Assembly: GCF_018350175.1 (NCBI RefSeq)
Contig: NC_058383.1
Coordinates: 17,548,001 to 17,612,000, forward strand
Direction: 5' to 3'
Length of the DNA stretch: 64,000 nucleotides
From: Felis catus
Lineage: Eukaryota
Shown here: piece by piece, positions 50,445-63,685 of the stretch
Position numbering within the stretch: the stretch's first letter is position 1
Layout: every line of letters starts with the position of its first letter
Translations under genes and position numbers: made by a program
Notes under the pieces: generated by a model
Databases searched by the model: none
Told to the model about the DNA's origin: nothing
The model's input: only the letters and a program-made list of their open reading frames with translations

Positions 50445-50724
50445 TAAAAAAAAAAAAAGAATGGAAGCTACAAGAAGGCAGAGTCTGTTTTGTTCACTGA
50501 GACCAAGAACTTAGCATAGTGTCTGTCACAGTGGCAGGTACTCAATAAATTTAAACTCAAAATATTTAAACTTTAAATGCCTGTATTCCTCGCAATACTC
50601 CAACTAAGAAGTATGACTAACAGTATCAGGTGGTGGGACCCAGGGGTTCTCGGATTCCCACTACCTTCACCAGCACCCAGGAGGGGAGCCATTTTAATTG
50701 GAAACACTGAATTTTCAGTTCACC

Positions 50725-51360
50725 CAAGGCTCAGCTTCCGGAAAGTGTGCGTCCCAGGCTCACCACGTTCAACCTGGGCGATGTTCCCCTTCCCCCAGCG
50801 CCAGGGTCACTCATCCAATCAAAATCTCTGTCCTTTCTACCCCTTAAAGGACTTCGCTCTCCGAAAGATTGTGCCAAGAGGGGCGGGACGCAGCAAATTT
50901 AGCAGGTGGGCGTTGCCCTACGGCCGTTGCCTAGGTCACGGAGGAGCTGTACCCCCTCAGAGAGGGAAAATGGGCGGAGTGTGGAAGCGGACATCCCGCC
51001 CCTATCATGGAGCGACCTGGGATTGGCTAGCCACTGTCGAGCCGCGCCCCCCACAGGGCTCGCGCCGCGCCCCCCGACAGGGCTCGCGCCGCGCCCCCAG
51101 CGGTTAGGGTAGGTCGATCAGTTCCTACGCTCCCGCTTGGCAAGGAGCCCTCAGAGGCCCCGACACTTGAGCCCTTCCGGAGTAATCGCCCAGGGTCGGC
51201 GCGCGGAGATGTGCCTCAGCCCCCGGAACTCTGAGATCCCAGGTTCCCTGGTTATTCTCGTTCAAGCTGCGCAGTAAGCCCAGAGATCGGGATCCAGGGC
51301 CAAGACATTCTTGAGAAACCTCGGCCCGGGGCCGGCACCTCGCCAAAGCCGCTGTTGAAA
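50725..51360. promoter_or_regulatory. CpG-rich promoter-like element
   Basis: CpG enrichment, ETS-like CTTCCGGAA about 50735, CCAAT 50815 and ATTGG about 51022, GC-boxes, RFX X-box-like GTTGCCTAGGTCAC 50926-50939. Confidence 0.65.
51041..51100. repeat. GC-rich 23-24 bp tandem repeat, about 2.5 copies
   Basis: gccgcgcccccc(g)acagggctcgc twice, then gccgcgccccca. Confidence 0.9.
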
Positions 51361-52339
51361 AGGGGGACTGGACTCAACAGGTGACCTCCAAGGAGCCTGC
51401 CCAGTCTGACAGGTCCTTTTCTTCACGGAAGTCCCTGGACTTCGACTTCCCCAAGTGTAAATGAATAGGCATCGGGGAAAACCAGAATTGGCCCCAGCTC
51501 TGGCACTCACTCGCTGTGTGGCCTCGGATAAGTCACATCCTATATCTAGGCTGGTTCCTTCATCCCACCCTGAAAGGGATTGGACTAGATGTCCTCTGAT
51601 GTCCCTTTTTGTTCTTCCTAGTTATGAAGCAGGCTTGATAACACGTGTAAAGTTTCTTTTTAATGTTTGACGTGTATCCATATTGTGAGCGATTCACTCT
51701 GCTCTCTGTTCATCCACCTTCACTTTCTGTGCCCAGAAGTTCCAAGGAATGAAGAGAAAAGCCTGGAAGAGCATCTAGAAATAAAATAAGGACTGTCAAC
51801 AGATACTGAAGGGGTGATAGCTTGCAGTTCAAGAGGCGATGCTGAAGAGAGAATGAAATAATCCTCTACACTTTGACCCCCTCATTTTACAGAAGAGAAA
51901 ACTATGAGTAGCTAAGTCAGCCTAATAGGAAGAACCCAGGTTTTCTAACTTGACTGCATGATCAGCCCCTTTACACACAGTGTCGGCAAACAGAAGGCAT
52001 AAATATGTAAAAACAGATAAAGAAATTGTCCACAGAAATAAAAACAATTTAGTTTATAACTTTAATTCAATATTTTTCAATTAATTAGAAACTTCCCACT
52101 TTCATTTTCTTAAGATGTGTATCCTGCCTACATTTGGGGTGACCTACAAAGCAGAAACAGAGCAATAAAAAATAAGACAGAAGCACATTATTTCCTCCTC
52201 CTGCTTTTCCTTTCTGTCACCATTATCTCCCCAGAGGAGCTTCTCAACTTCTGATGTTCCAAAACCTCCTCTGTAATATTCTTCAGTGGTCATCCACACA
52301 CACACAAAGCCAACTAAAGCCAAAAACTAAATGTGACAT

Positions 52340-52620
52340 ATGAAATGTCCAGATGAGGTAAGTCTTTAGAGACGGAAAGTACATTAGTAGTTGCCTAAAG
52401 TGTGTATGTGTGGGGTGGGGGGTGGGGGGGGGGAGTGGAGATTGAGGGCAAACAAGAAGTGACTCCTAATAAATATGAAGTTTATTCCAGGAATGATGAG
52501 AATGTTCTAAAATTATGGCGACAGTCGCACAACTCTGTAAACAGATTAGAAATAACTGAATTGTGCACTGCACTTTAAGTGTACACAGTATGTGAATTCT
52601 ATGTTGATGAAGCTGTAACA
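52340..52620 (+). mobile_element. L1 3' UTR fragment
   Basis: aatgttctaaaattatgg...actgaattgtgcact...gtatgtgaatt pattern. Confidence 0.65.
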
Positions 52621-52634
52621 AAAGAGACTGACCA

Positions 52635-53386
52635 GGACGCCTGGGTTGCTCAGTCCTTTAAGCGTCTGACTTTGGCTCAGGTTGTGATCTCAGGGCTCGT
52701 GAGTTTGAGCCCCACATCAGGCTCTGTGCGCCCACTTAGGATCCTCTGTCTCCCTCTGTCTCTCTGCCCCCTCGCCCGCACTCTCACACGTGCTCTTTTT
52801 TCCAAAAATAAACATTAAAAAAGAGAGAAACTGACCGGAAAGCAATAGCAGGGACACCTGGATGGCTCAGTTGCTGGAGCATGCAACTCTTGATCTTGGG
52901 GTTGTGAGTTCAAGCCCACACTGGGTGTAGAGATCACTTAAAAATAAAAGCTTCAGAAAGGAAAGAAGGAAGGAAAGGAGGGAGGGAGGGAGGGAGGAAA
53001 CGTGTCTTTGCTTCTTCCCTGGGTTCTATGTGTATATATCCCCACATTCTTAGGAGAGCTGAGCGGCTATTCTGGGGTATCTAATTCTGCAGACACTTCC
53101 TGAGTCTTAAAGTGTGTCACCCCCCAGGTTGCCTACCTCCTGCTCCAACCACCACTTTATACTGTGCCCAGCTCCATGTAACTGAAGGAAGCATGCTGAT
53201 TCCCCTGCTCACAGGACACCTCATTTCCTGCCTACCCTGGATGGAATTGGGATAAAGAAGGGAAGGATATGGGGCATCTGGCTGGCTCAGTCGGTGGAGC
53301 ATGTGACTCTTGGTCTGAGGTTGTGAGTTCGGGCCCCACATTGGGTGTAAAGATTACTTTAAAAATCTTAAAAAAAAAAAAAAAAA
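52635..53386 (+). mobile_element. Three Can-SINEs (52635-52822, 52851-52948, 53271-53386)
   Basis: Heads and tails. Confidence 0.85.
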
Positions 53387-53639
53387 GGAGGAGGAAAGAA
53401 TACACATGGCAGAATAGAGGTGTCTCGGGGGAAATTGAAGAATTGAGACAAAGAGAAAATCAGAAAGAACAAAAGGGAATGTTGAGCAGGAAAAGAATGT
53501 GAATCCTTTGTGATTTTTCCCCCTTCTGGGCTACTTCTTCGAAAGATGGCAGATAGTGTTTGAGTAGCTTTCCTCATGGTTTTGGTTTCCTTCTTCCCAG
53601 AGGAGTTCTCGGAGGGAGAATCATGCAGTAGATTGTATC

Positions 53640-53935
53640 ACATCTCCTCCCTTTAAGTCTTTACTAAAAGTTCACCTTCTCAGAGAAGTCTTCCTTGGCT
53701 TCCCTATCCAAAACTTCTTCTTCCTTGTCCTTGACACTTCCTGTTATAACCCCCCTTTTTTTTTTATTACAGTCTTTGTTACCTGTCTTCCTTAGAATTT
53801 AACCTCTATAAAGACAGAGATTTTTGGTTTTTTATTTTAGTTTTTAGCTGTTTTGCTCACAAGTGTATCTACAGTGTCTCGAAGAGCCCAAAGTAAGCAC
53901 TCAACTCTTATTTATTGAATGAATAAATGGATGAC
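53640..53935 (+). mobile_element. L2 3' end
   Basis: Ends ...tttattgaatgaataaatggatga. Confidence 0.55.
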
Positions 53936-53960
53936 TGAACTACAGCATGCTGCTGGGCAC

Positions 53961-55596
53961 TTTTTTTTTTTTAATGTTTATTTTTTTTTTTTTGAGAGAG
54001 AGACAGACAGACAGAGTGTGAGCAGGGGAGGGGCAGAGAGAGAGAGGGAGACACAGAAGCCAAAGCAGGCTCCAGGCTCTGAGCTGTCAGCACAGAGCCC
54101 AACGCGGGGCTCGAACTCACAAGCTGTGAGATCATGACCTAAGCTGACGTCAGATGCTTAACTGAGCCACCCAGGCGCCCCATGGGCACTTTTGTAATAA
54201 AAAGGGAAAGTCTTAAAAGAGTATGTTGTAAATCTGACAGATTCATAGCTCTGAGGCAAAGACAGAAAGAGGCCTTTTTTTTTTTTCTTTCCCATTTGGA
54301 CCCATCTTAAAAACAAAACAAAACAACAAAAAAAACCACAACTCTGGAGTCGGAGGAGAGAGGTGCAGGATGACATTTGGGTGGTGCAGGATTAGCATGA
54401 TGAACTCAAAACTTGTAAGTTAACAGTTTATTTGGATCATCCATGCAGAGATGATGAATGCCAGTCACTTTTCTTTTCTACTATTTTATTTTTTTAAAGT
54501 AATCTCTACACCCAACATGGGGCTCGAACCCACACCTCGCAATCAAGAGTTGCATCTCCCTCTGACTGAGCCAGCCAGGTGCCCCTCCAGTCACCTTTCT
54601 GACTACCAGGACTGGTTTCTGATCCAACACCAGTTCTCAGAATCAGTTTAACGTTTGCAAAATTCCGTAACATTGTGAAGCTTCACTTCCTTCTTCTGCA
54701 CAATAGGGTAATACCTTCACAGTGGTAAGGATTCGGGGAGATAAAGTATGAAAGTGGCTGTCGGTCCCTGGCATGCAGCAGGTATCTGATTATTGTTTTC
54801 CCTCTCTGCCCTTTTTTGGGAAACTACTTTTCTCTCCTGTGATTTTTTTTCTTCCTGCAAACACAGGCTTGTTCCTCAAGAGTTTAAAGTTACATTGCCA
54901 ATTTTTTTCTTTTTAATCTGAAGTTTTCTCTTCAGGTATGTATGTATGCATGTATGTGTATTTATAAAATGTTTATTTTTGAAAGAGAGAGAGAGAGACA
55001 GAGAGCGAGTCGCCACTCGCGAGCAGAGAGAGGGAGACACAGAATCCAAAGCACGCTCCAGGCTCTGAGTTGTGAGCACAGAGCCCAATGTGGAGCTTGA
55101 ACCCATGAACTGTGAGATCATGACCTGAGCCGAAGTCAGCCGCTTAACCAACTGAGCCATCCAGGTGCCCCATTCTCTTCAGGTTTTTAAAGAGTTTTGA
55201 AGATATATATTAATTCTAAAAGTATAACTTTTAATTACTTAGGGAGGCAGTTAAAGAAGGACATGAGAATTAGTGAAGGGTAGTTGGGTTTGGCATTTGC
55301 TTCAGGTACACTACTTGGCATATTACCCAAAACCCCAATAAGAGGAATGCTGAGTTCCTGGGTCCTGCCCCAAATCCCTCTTCGACCGTCTTAGTTTTTT
55401 TAAACGTTTGTTTATTTTTAAGAGACAGAGCACAGGCAGGAGAGGAACAGAGAGAGAGGGAGACACAGAATCCGAAGCAGGCTACAGGCTCTAGCTGTCA
55501 GCACAGAGCCCAATGTGGGGCTCGAACCCACGAGCCGTGAGATCATGACCTGAACCGATGTCAGACGCCCAACCTACTGAGCCACCGAGGTGCCCC
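53961..55596 (-). mobile_element. Four Can-SINEs (53961-54181, 54485-54585, 54935-55172, 55395-55596)
   Basis: Antisense heads and tails. Confidence 0.85.
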
Positions 55597-57399
55597 TACC
55601 GTTTTAATATTTTTAATGTACAGTTCAGTGGTGTTCAATATAGCCTCAGATGTTTAGAGGGAGCACAGAGCTAAGCAAGAGCCCTAGATTCAGCCCACAT
55701 GGACTTGAACTCCTGGCTCATCCTGTTACTATGTGGCCTTAGGCAAGTTACTTGGGCATTGGAGCCTCAGCCTTGTCATCTGCAAAGAGATACAGTATTG
55801 ACTCCACAGCGTTGTGAGGCTGGAAGGAGGCCATGGGTATGAAGCACTTGGCAGTGCTTGGCTCAGAGAGTGCCTCAGTACATGTTAACCATTGTTATTC
55901 TAGAGCTTGGAATTCAGAATCAGAATCAGGTTGGGTTTCACTCACAAGGTCACATGGATACAGCTGGGTCCTAGACGTAGCTTCGGCTGAATCCTGAGCA
56001 GAGCCACCAGGTCGAGGGGTCTGTGAAGTGCTCCTGGCTTTCAGGACTGAGTAAGGGCTCTGCTCTCTGTTCTCTGGGGCTGCCTCTCCACTCCTCTGCG
56101 TCACTCAGGGTTGGGGGAGTGGGGGTGCTGCTTCCAGACATAGGACTGGACTGAAACTCGGTATCTACTGCTTCTCTGGGGCACTTCCTTATGGCATGTA
56201 TATCCTCAGATATTACCAAATGCCTGCTATGTGCCAGGCAGTGTGCTAGCTGCCAGGGCAGTGCAAAGATGGATACGATTTGGACCCCTCCCTCAAAGAT
56301 CTTATAACCCAAGGGGATAATACATGTGTGACTATGCCACTTACCCAGCTGGTAACTATTTCTTGATCACCTACCATGTGTATGTTGTATAACAGGCCCA
56401 GAGCGCGGCCTCCAGACATGCTGATGAGATGCATGGGTAGATGGAGCTGGTTACTTGGCTGGTTGTCAGGAAATGTTCCACACAGCAGGAGATCTGGCCA
56501 AGGATTTGCTGAATGGAATTTACTAATGGAGAGGGTGTGCGAAGACATGGTCCTCAGGTTCATTTGAGAGGACTTGAGGTCATTAGTCTGGCTGTATGTG
56601 AGGGTTCTCGAGTGGAAAGTTCAAATGGCTATAGGGTCCAAGAAAGAAAAGGAAATGCATGGAGGCTGGGTGCTTACTCTTCTGTTGTCTTTACACGTGA
56701 ACGCCTCTTGACTTATGATCCATTTGTGCACTTTTGATAGAGACACAAGAACCCATTACAGGAAAAACAATGCAAGCATGGCAGCTGGTACTCGGGCTCA
56801 GAGACAGAGCGTACTTGGGGGTGGAGAGTGAAGCCCAGGGGAACAGTCCTATCTGAAAGGGGAACCCACTTCTCAGTCTGAATCACTTGCTTAGTCTAAG
56901 AACATAAGCCAACTGTTTCCAGCTCTGCCGACGCATCAAAAGCTAGAAATCTGGTTGTTACTGTTTTTTAAATGAAATTTCCCAGTTTTAAGGTAAATAG
57001 CAACTCGAATTTTGGAAAGAAATTGCCCACCAGTTGAAATACGCTTTCAAATTGTAACTACCAGTCTGTAACTTCTAGTCCGGGAACCAAGAGAGAGATC
57101 AGGTTAGAAGGATGGGCTGAAGCCAAGTTTTAAGTGGCCTTGAATGCTGCGCTAAAGCGTTTTGATTTGAGCTTACAGACGGTTTTAGTTTTTGACCAAG
57201 AAAGTTCTTGGAACAGGGGCGTGGCTTGATGCAAGACCTTGGGGACCGGTGGGGTGTAGAGTGACCTATGAAATAAGAAGGAAGCATTCTGGATGTAAGG
57301 TGACTGCAATAAGGCGGGTTTGCGACAATGAAGTTGAAAGATGGTGGCAGTGGGACTGGAAGGACAGAATGGACAATAAAAAGATGAAGTCCAAAAGGA

Positions 57400-58350
57400 G
57401 AGGATGCGGGCAGCGGAGGGGAGTGGCAGGAGAAAAGACGGCTCCAATGTGACCCACGTCTGCCTGCAGAAAGGGAAGGGCGGGCCAGGTCGGGCGCAGC
57501 TTGCTGAGATTACAGAAACCAGCCCGACGCTCCGCTCCACCGCGGAAGGGTCGGGAGCGCAAGGCCTAACCAGCACCGCGCAGTGCCGCTCCGCTCCGGG
57601 CCCGTCGAGCGCCTGGAACAAGCCTGTTTATGAAACAGGCCGTACAAGCGAGTCGCCTACGAAACGGGGATGATGCCTCCGGCTTCTCCGGGCGGCTGTG
57701 GGGATTGTGGAGAAGGCGGACGGGCCGGCACTCGGGAGGGGCGGAATGAGCGGGTGCTTTCTTACCCCGGGCTCTGCAAGGTTCGAGGTCCCTCGGGGGA
57801 CCAAGCTGCCGGCCCTTCCAGGAGAACCGCCCGCCCGCCTCGTGCCTCCCCCGACCGGCCACCCGGCGGCCGCGTTCAGAACCGCCTCCTCCCCTCCCGG
57901 CCCGGTGCGCCCCTGGGCTTGCGGCATCCGGCCCTCCCCGGCCCAGCGCGCGCGGCGCTCCTTTCCGGAACTCGCGGGGCAGGAGCGCCGGTCGGGGGTC
58001 CCCGCCCCGCCCTCTCCGCCCCGAGGCCCCCGCCGAGCGCCGCGACCCCGGAGCCGGCCTGTGGGATTCCCGGAGTCCGGCCGCGGCCGGAAGTGCGCTT
58101 TCCTCCCGCCCCCCGGCGGGGCCGCTCTAGCAGCCCCGGGCGCCGGCGTCTCAGTGGGAATAACCCCTTCGGCCCCAGCCGGCCAAAGCCGCGTCTGGCG
58201 GTATCCGTCCCCTTCTCCCTGCGAAGCGCTCAGTTGTCTTGTGTTCTCCCCGACAACGGTTGGAGGATTCTCGTGCCCCTATCAAGAGGACAGCGCCCAG
58301 CTCGCTGGGTTCATGTGCCCTGGGCGAAGGTGCTGAGCCACCTCGGACAG
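57400..58350. promoter_or_regulatory. CpG island promoter
   Basis: About 900 bp of very GC/CpG-rich sequence; CCGGAAGT 58087-58094, several GC-boxes; - strand splice donor GGG|GTAAGA at 57766/57765. Confidence 0.8.
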
Positions 58351-58790
58351 GTTATTAAACCTCTCTGAGCCTCGGCTTTCCTATCTGTAAAAAAGCACCG
58401 TAACTACCTCAAGGGTTTGCTGTAAGGATTCAGTGAACATGTAAACGACCTAGGAGAGGGCCATTCGCATAATAAGTGCTCAGTAAATGCTAGTTGTCAT
58501 TGTTTCGATTTTTACTGCTACCTTTGGAAAACGGACAGGTATTAAGAGGGTCAGTTTTGTGGCATGAGAATGAAGAACATGATAGAAATGATACTAAGAG
58601 CTACTATTTATTGAGGGCCTTCTTTGTGCTAGGTTCCTTATACACCTATCTCTATAGCCTTAGGGCAATTCTGTGAAAGCAGTACTATTATTCCCATTTT
58701 ATGGATGAAATTAGGAAATGGGTGGATGTCAGCGTCACATTTGAACTCAAGGCCCTTCTGACTCCAGAGTGCATGCCTTTCTTCTCCACA
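58330..58790. mobile_element. Two MIRs in opposite orientation (58330-58495 +, 58600-58790 -)
   Basis: MIR core motifs on each strand. Confidence 0.7.
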
Positions 58791-58947
58791 CTGCAGCTCT
58801 GATTTTGGAAACATTTTCTGGGAATTCTGAACTAAACCATCAAAGCCAATAGTGCTGTCAGACATGGATGTCCCATTAGTCCAGATTTGAGGAGGCTGTG
58901 CAAAACCACCTAACTCCTGCAACAGGCTGAAAATAATGAACAGTGCT

Positions 58948-59175
58948 GGGGTGCCTGAGTGCCTCAGTTGGTTGAGCATCTGACTTCGGCTCAGGTCATA
59001 ATCTTGCAGTCCATGAATTCAAGCCCCGCGTCGGGCTGTGGGCTGACAGCTCGGAGCCTGGAGCCTGCTTCAAATTCTGTGTCTCCCTCTCTCTCTGCCC
59101 CTCCCCTGCTCATGCTCTGTCTCTCTCACTCTCAAAAATGAATAAATGTTTCAAAAAATAAAAAATAATAATAAT
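58948..59175 (+). mobile_element. Can-SINE
   Basis: TSD aataatgaacagtgct. Confidence 0.9.
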
Positions 59176-60089
59176 GAACAGTGCTGCCCCAGTATAGACG
59201 CTATCCTTGCTTAAAGAAAAGGATCTTGTGACCTTCCAAAGAAGCAAGTTGCAGGCATCCAAAGAAAGGCACTGAGTGTATGTACAAATTTCTTTAAATT
59301 TAATTCACTTTTTTATATTTTTAGTCATCTCTACACCCAACTTGGGGCTTGAACTCACAATCCCAAGATCAGGAGTTGCATGCTCTTCCGACTGAGCCAA
59401 TCAAGTGCCCCTATTTGTTTAAGGATAAAACAAAACCATGTTTTCAGGCGCAAAAACAATTACCAAAGAGCCCAACCTTTGACACAACCTGTGGAAACCT
59501 CAGTGGCCGGTCAGACTGGCCATTTCTTCCTGCTTCCACTCTCAGGGTCCCTCTGGGCAGTTTCTACTGGGCTCCAGCATTTGGTACTAAAGGTCTTTTG
59601 AGTTGGTGGAACCCTGGAGAATACAGTCAGGCTGTCCTTGTCTTTCATTCCCTAGGGATTTAGCAACTCTGACAGTCATGCAGGAAGGCAGCCCGGGGTG
59701 GGGGGGGGGGAGGGGTGCAGGCATGGAAGCTCTGAGGAAAAGGGCTGGCCGGCCACGGGAGACGAGGAACCAGAGAGTTTCTCACCTCCAGGCCCTTGGT
59801 CACGCTGCTCCCTCTACCCGGTTTAAGCTTTGAGCGGGCAGGACATTGTACATCTTGTATTCTGCACCCTAGAAATGCCAAGAAAGCTTCGAGTTTTCCC
59901 AGAGTCATTCTGCAAGTTAGTGGTTTAGTCACAACAGGGCACCGGGTGTCTCACACAACAAACCCAAGGGCGGAATGTGGAGTATGGGGCCACCCTGGTC
60001 TGATGACCATACACGCTTCCTCCAGTCTTACAACACAGGGTAGATGATTTCTAATCAGATTTCTTTTATGTTTTTCTTTTTCACTTCTT

Positions 60090-60713
60090 TTTATATTTAA
60101 AAAAATTTTTTTTTGAGAGAGAGAGACAGAGCACGATTTGGGGAGGGGCAGAGAAACAGAGACAGAGTGGGAGACACAGAATCCAAACTAGGCTCCCAGG
60201 CTCCAAGCTGTCAGCACAGAGCCCAACACGCGGCTCGCACTCATGAACCATGAGATCATGACCTGAGCCGAAGTCGATGCTTAATCAACTGAGCCACCCA
60301 GGCGCCTCAACTTCTTTTTGTATTCTGAAAAAAAAATCATATGGTATAAAAAGACAAAAAGGAAAACAGGCTGTCCTCCTGCCTCTGCTTGTCCCCAGCC
60401 CCTACCATCATCCCCTGAGCACTGTGACCAGTTTCTTGTGCGTCTTTCTAAAGATAGTCTATGCATATGCAAGTGTCTCCTTTTAGAAAAACACAAATAT
60501 GGGGCGCCTGGGTGGTTCCGCTAAGCATCTGACACTTGGTCTTGGCCTCTTGATCTTGGCTCGGGTCATGATCTCAGGGTTCATGGACTCGAGCCCAGCA
60601 TCAGGCTCTGCACTGGCAGTGCAGAGCCTGCTTGGGATTCTATCTCTCTCTCTCTGTCTCTCTCTGTCCCTTCCCCACTCACACTGTCTCTGTCTCTTTC
60701 AAACTAAATAAAT
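60090..60713. mobile_element. Two Can-SINEs (- 60090-60307, + 60501-60713)
   Basis: Heads and tails. Confidence 0.9.
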
Positions 60714-61210
60714 ATACGTAACAAAAATCACAAAAATGACAACACGTTGTAGTCACTTGCTTTCCCCCCTGCTTCTTTCATATAACAACGTATCTTGGAG
60801 AATGTCTCATGTCAGTTTGTACATATCTGCTTCATTTTTTTCCCCCACAGCTGCTGAGTATTTCGTTATATAGATATGCCATAATTTATTTAGTCAACTT
60901 CCCTGTTAGTGGACATGTAGGTTATGTTCAGTCTTTTGTGATGGAAACAACACTTTGCTGAATATCACTGTGCACACCATGCCTGTAGGATCTAGAAGCA
61001 GACTTGTCAGGTCAAAGGGTGTACGCATTCTGAATTTTGATCAGGGTTGCCAAATTTGCCTTTTCCCAAAGAAGCAGTGCAGATATATGCTCTTACTAAT
61101 AATGTTTGAGAGTGCCTCTTTCTTCCACATAGTCCATAAAAAAACTATATTTGCAAGCCTCTTAGGTTAAAAATAGTATTTCATGGTTGTTTGTATTTGC
61201 ATTATGAGAT
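60330..61210 (-). mobile_element. Ancient L1 3' end
   Basis: L1ME-like antisense 3' sequence interrupted by a SINE. Confidence 0.6.
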
Positions 61211-61267
61211 TTCTTTTGTAACAAACACTGGTAAGAGGGAATTGAAACCTACCACTGGAGGTGTAAA

Positions 61268-61467
61268 AATTTTTTAAAGTTTATTTATTTATTTTGATAG
61301 AGCGAGTAGAGGAGGGACAGAGAAAGAGGGAGAGAGAGAGAGAGAATCCCCAAGCAGGCTCCACACTGTCAGCACAGAGCCCAATGTGGGGTTCAAACTC
61401 ACAAACCATGAGATCGTTACTTGAGCCAAAGTTGGACACTTAATTGACTGAGCGACCCAGGTGCCCT
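61268..61467 (-). mobile_element. Can-SINE
   Basis: TSD ctggaggtgtaaaa. Confidence 0.9.
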
Positions 61468-61739
61468 GGAGGTGTAAAATTTTTGAAAAGCACCGTGCAC
61501 CTTGAATTAATCCTCATCTCCTGATCTGACTTGGAGAAGGAAAAAGAAAATTTGCCAATGAATGCTTTAAGCCACGTGACCCATTGGAGAAAAGACACAA
61601 AATCTGGAGACAAATGAAGTCTTAGTTTTCAAAACAAGAGAAACATACTAATAATACAAGCCAAAGCAGAAAACTTGATGTTTAACTCAACGGGAATCTT
61701 AAATCACACCATTAAACAGATGATTGGTAAGGTGCGGGG

Positions 61740-61940
61740 AAGAATAAGGGTCTGGAGTCCTAAGGACTGCATTAAATCACAGCTCTTACTAGCAGGGTGA
61801 CCATGGGCAAGTTATTTCACGTATCTCTGAACTTCTACTTCATCAGCATAAAGTCAAGGCAGAAATAGCCATTGGCGGAGTTATTGTAAAAAGTTTAAAA
61901 TAACTCACATCAAATGCTTGACTCAAAAGATATTCATTAA
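61740..61940 (+). mobile_element. MIR
   Basis: gtgaccatgggcaagttatttcac core. Confidence 0.65.
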
Positions 61941-62349
61941 AATGGAAGGAAGAAGGTCAAATCCAAGCCCTATGGGGTTACAGGCCCTAGACCCCTGAGC
62001 AAAAGGAAGATCACCTGGACACAGAACAGCTGGAAGCAAGCAGAGCTTGATCGCCCCTGTAAAAAGCAGTCTTGTCCAAACCTAGTGGTCAGATCTCAAG
62101 GGTGAAAAACCAAACGACAAAACCTCCACGTATTATTCCCCTTATGATAATGTGAAACAGAGCCATCTTCTTGCCAGTTGTGTATTTCTAGAGCCACAGG
62201 GTTTCATTCTTTGTGAATGCCTGCTGGAGCTGGCTAGGAGAAGATAATATTGTGTATCTACCAACCCCCTAAAGCCAAAAGATACATGTTGTAGGTAATC
62301 CCTTTACTGGGATTGCTTAAAGTGGGATGTGTGATTTGTAGCCGTGCCT

Positions 62350-63685
62350 TTAATTTTTTTAATGTTTATTCTTTTTTTGGGGGGGGGGGTAGAGACAGAG
62401 CAGGATCGGGGGAGGGGAGAGAGAGAGGGAGACATAGAATCTGAAGCAGGCTCCAGGCTCTGAACTGTCAGCACAGAGCCGGACTCGGGGCTGGAACTTA
62501 CAAACTGCGAGATCATGACCTGAGCCACCCAGGCGCCCCGTTAACAGTGGCTTTAAAAGCTGGATTGGCTGGATTTATGAACTTAGCACAGCCATGAAAT
62601 ATCTCCTACACCACTGGGGCTTGGTTTCCCCATCTGTCTCTGTGTCGGACTGGATTCAGAATTAGGGGATGGGGTTGAAGACGTGGTCCTCCGCATCGCA
62701 AAATGTCATTTTGATGAGGACTCACAGAACTTTCTCCTTAGCCTCACATGGACTATGTACCCATATGCTTGGATCTCTAGAAAACTCAGCAAATCTGTAA
62801 CACTTGTAGCAATAGCCTTATGTCATGTGTTTTCTTACCCACCTGGATTCATGTCATCATTCTCTCCTTTATACTCCCTTTAGCTTTTTTTGTTTGTTTG
62901 TTTTTTGTCTTGTTAATGACATTTACTACTTCCGCTACTATCAGTGATCATAGCCAATGTTGAGCAGCTGTGAGTCTTTTTTTTTTTAAGTTTTTTTTTT
63001 TTTTAAGGTTTTTGTTCTGTTTTTGAGAGAGAGAGAGTGCAGGAGGGGCAGAGTGAGAAGGAGAGAGACAGAATCCCAAGCAGACTCCTCATTGCCAGTA
63101 TGGAGCCTGAGGGGGAGCTCGAACTCACAAACCATGAGATCATGACCTGAGCCAAATTCAAGAGTCAGAGACTTAACCAACTGACTGAGCCATCCAGGCA
63201 CCCCAGGGGCTGTGAGTCTTACTAGATGCCAGGCACCTGTCATAGAATATGTGGCTATCTATAAATGCCTCAGGTCCTTTTCAAAACCAAGCAAGGTATA
63301 AATAAAGAAATAAACAGAGTCCCTCATCTCCTTTATGGTAGCCACTTAAAGATGTCTTTTTAAATTTGAATTAATTAAACTGGGTTTCACGCCCCACATG
63401 GAGCCCAACACAGGCTTGAAGTTATGACCCTGAGATCAGGACCTGAGTTGTGATCAAATCTCAGATGCTTAAGGGCGCCTGGGAGGCTGGGTTGGTTAAG
63501 TGACTCTTGATACTGGCTTAGGTCATGATCTCACTGGTGATGGGATCGATCTCCATGTGGGATTAAGACCCACGTTGGGCTCTGTGCTGACAGCGTGGAG
63601 TCTGCTTGGGATTCTCTCTCCCTCTCTCTCTCAAAATAAATAAATATAAACTAAAAAAAAAAAAAAAAATCACCCAGGTGCCCCA
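62350..63685. mobile_element. Can-SINEs (- 62350-62539, - 62977-63204, nested +/- 63380-63685)
   Basis: Heads and tails. Confidence 0.85.

Larger units (their letters stand above)
48700..50560 (+). mobile_element. L2 remnant (interrupted)
   Basis: gtcactcttctgcctaaaacactgcaatggctccc and 3' end ggtactcaataaat. Confidence 0.65.

Noticed and set aside
51041..51100. CRISPR-like array
   Set aside because: Mammalian DNA; the repeats are contiguous with no unique spacers
50577..51107. 176-aa ORF with repeated GSRRAP
   Set aside because: The repeat comes from the promoter minisatellite; no family resemblance
56345..56563. - strand exon ending at TGG|gtaagt
   Set aside because: Donor abuts an L2-like 3' end; no clear acceptor or protein similarity
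57566..58368. Overlapping 98-232 aa ORFs in the CpG island
   Set aside because: Low-complexity Pro/Arg/Gly translations in several frames, expected from GC content; no recognisable domain
3320..63243. Many ORFs with AQSVK.PTSAQVMIS / FEPRVGLCADSSEPGAC peptides
   Set aside because: Translations of Can-SINEs
3086..63685. tRNA genes suggested by A/B-box heads
   Set aside because: All are tRNA-derived SINE heads followed by (CT)n and poly-A; no cloverleaf gene seen
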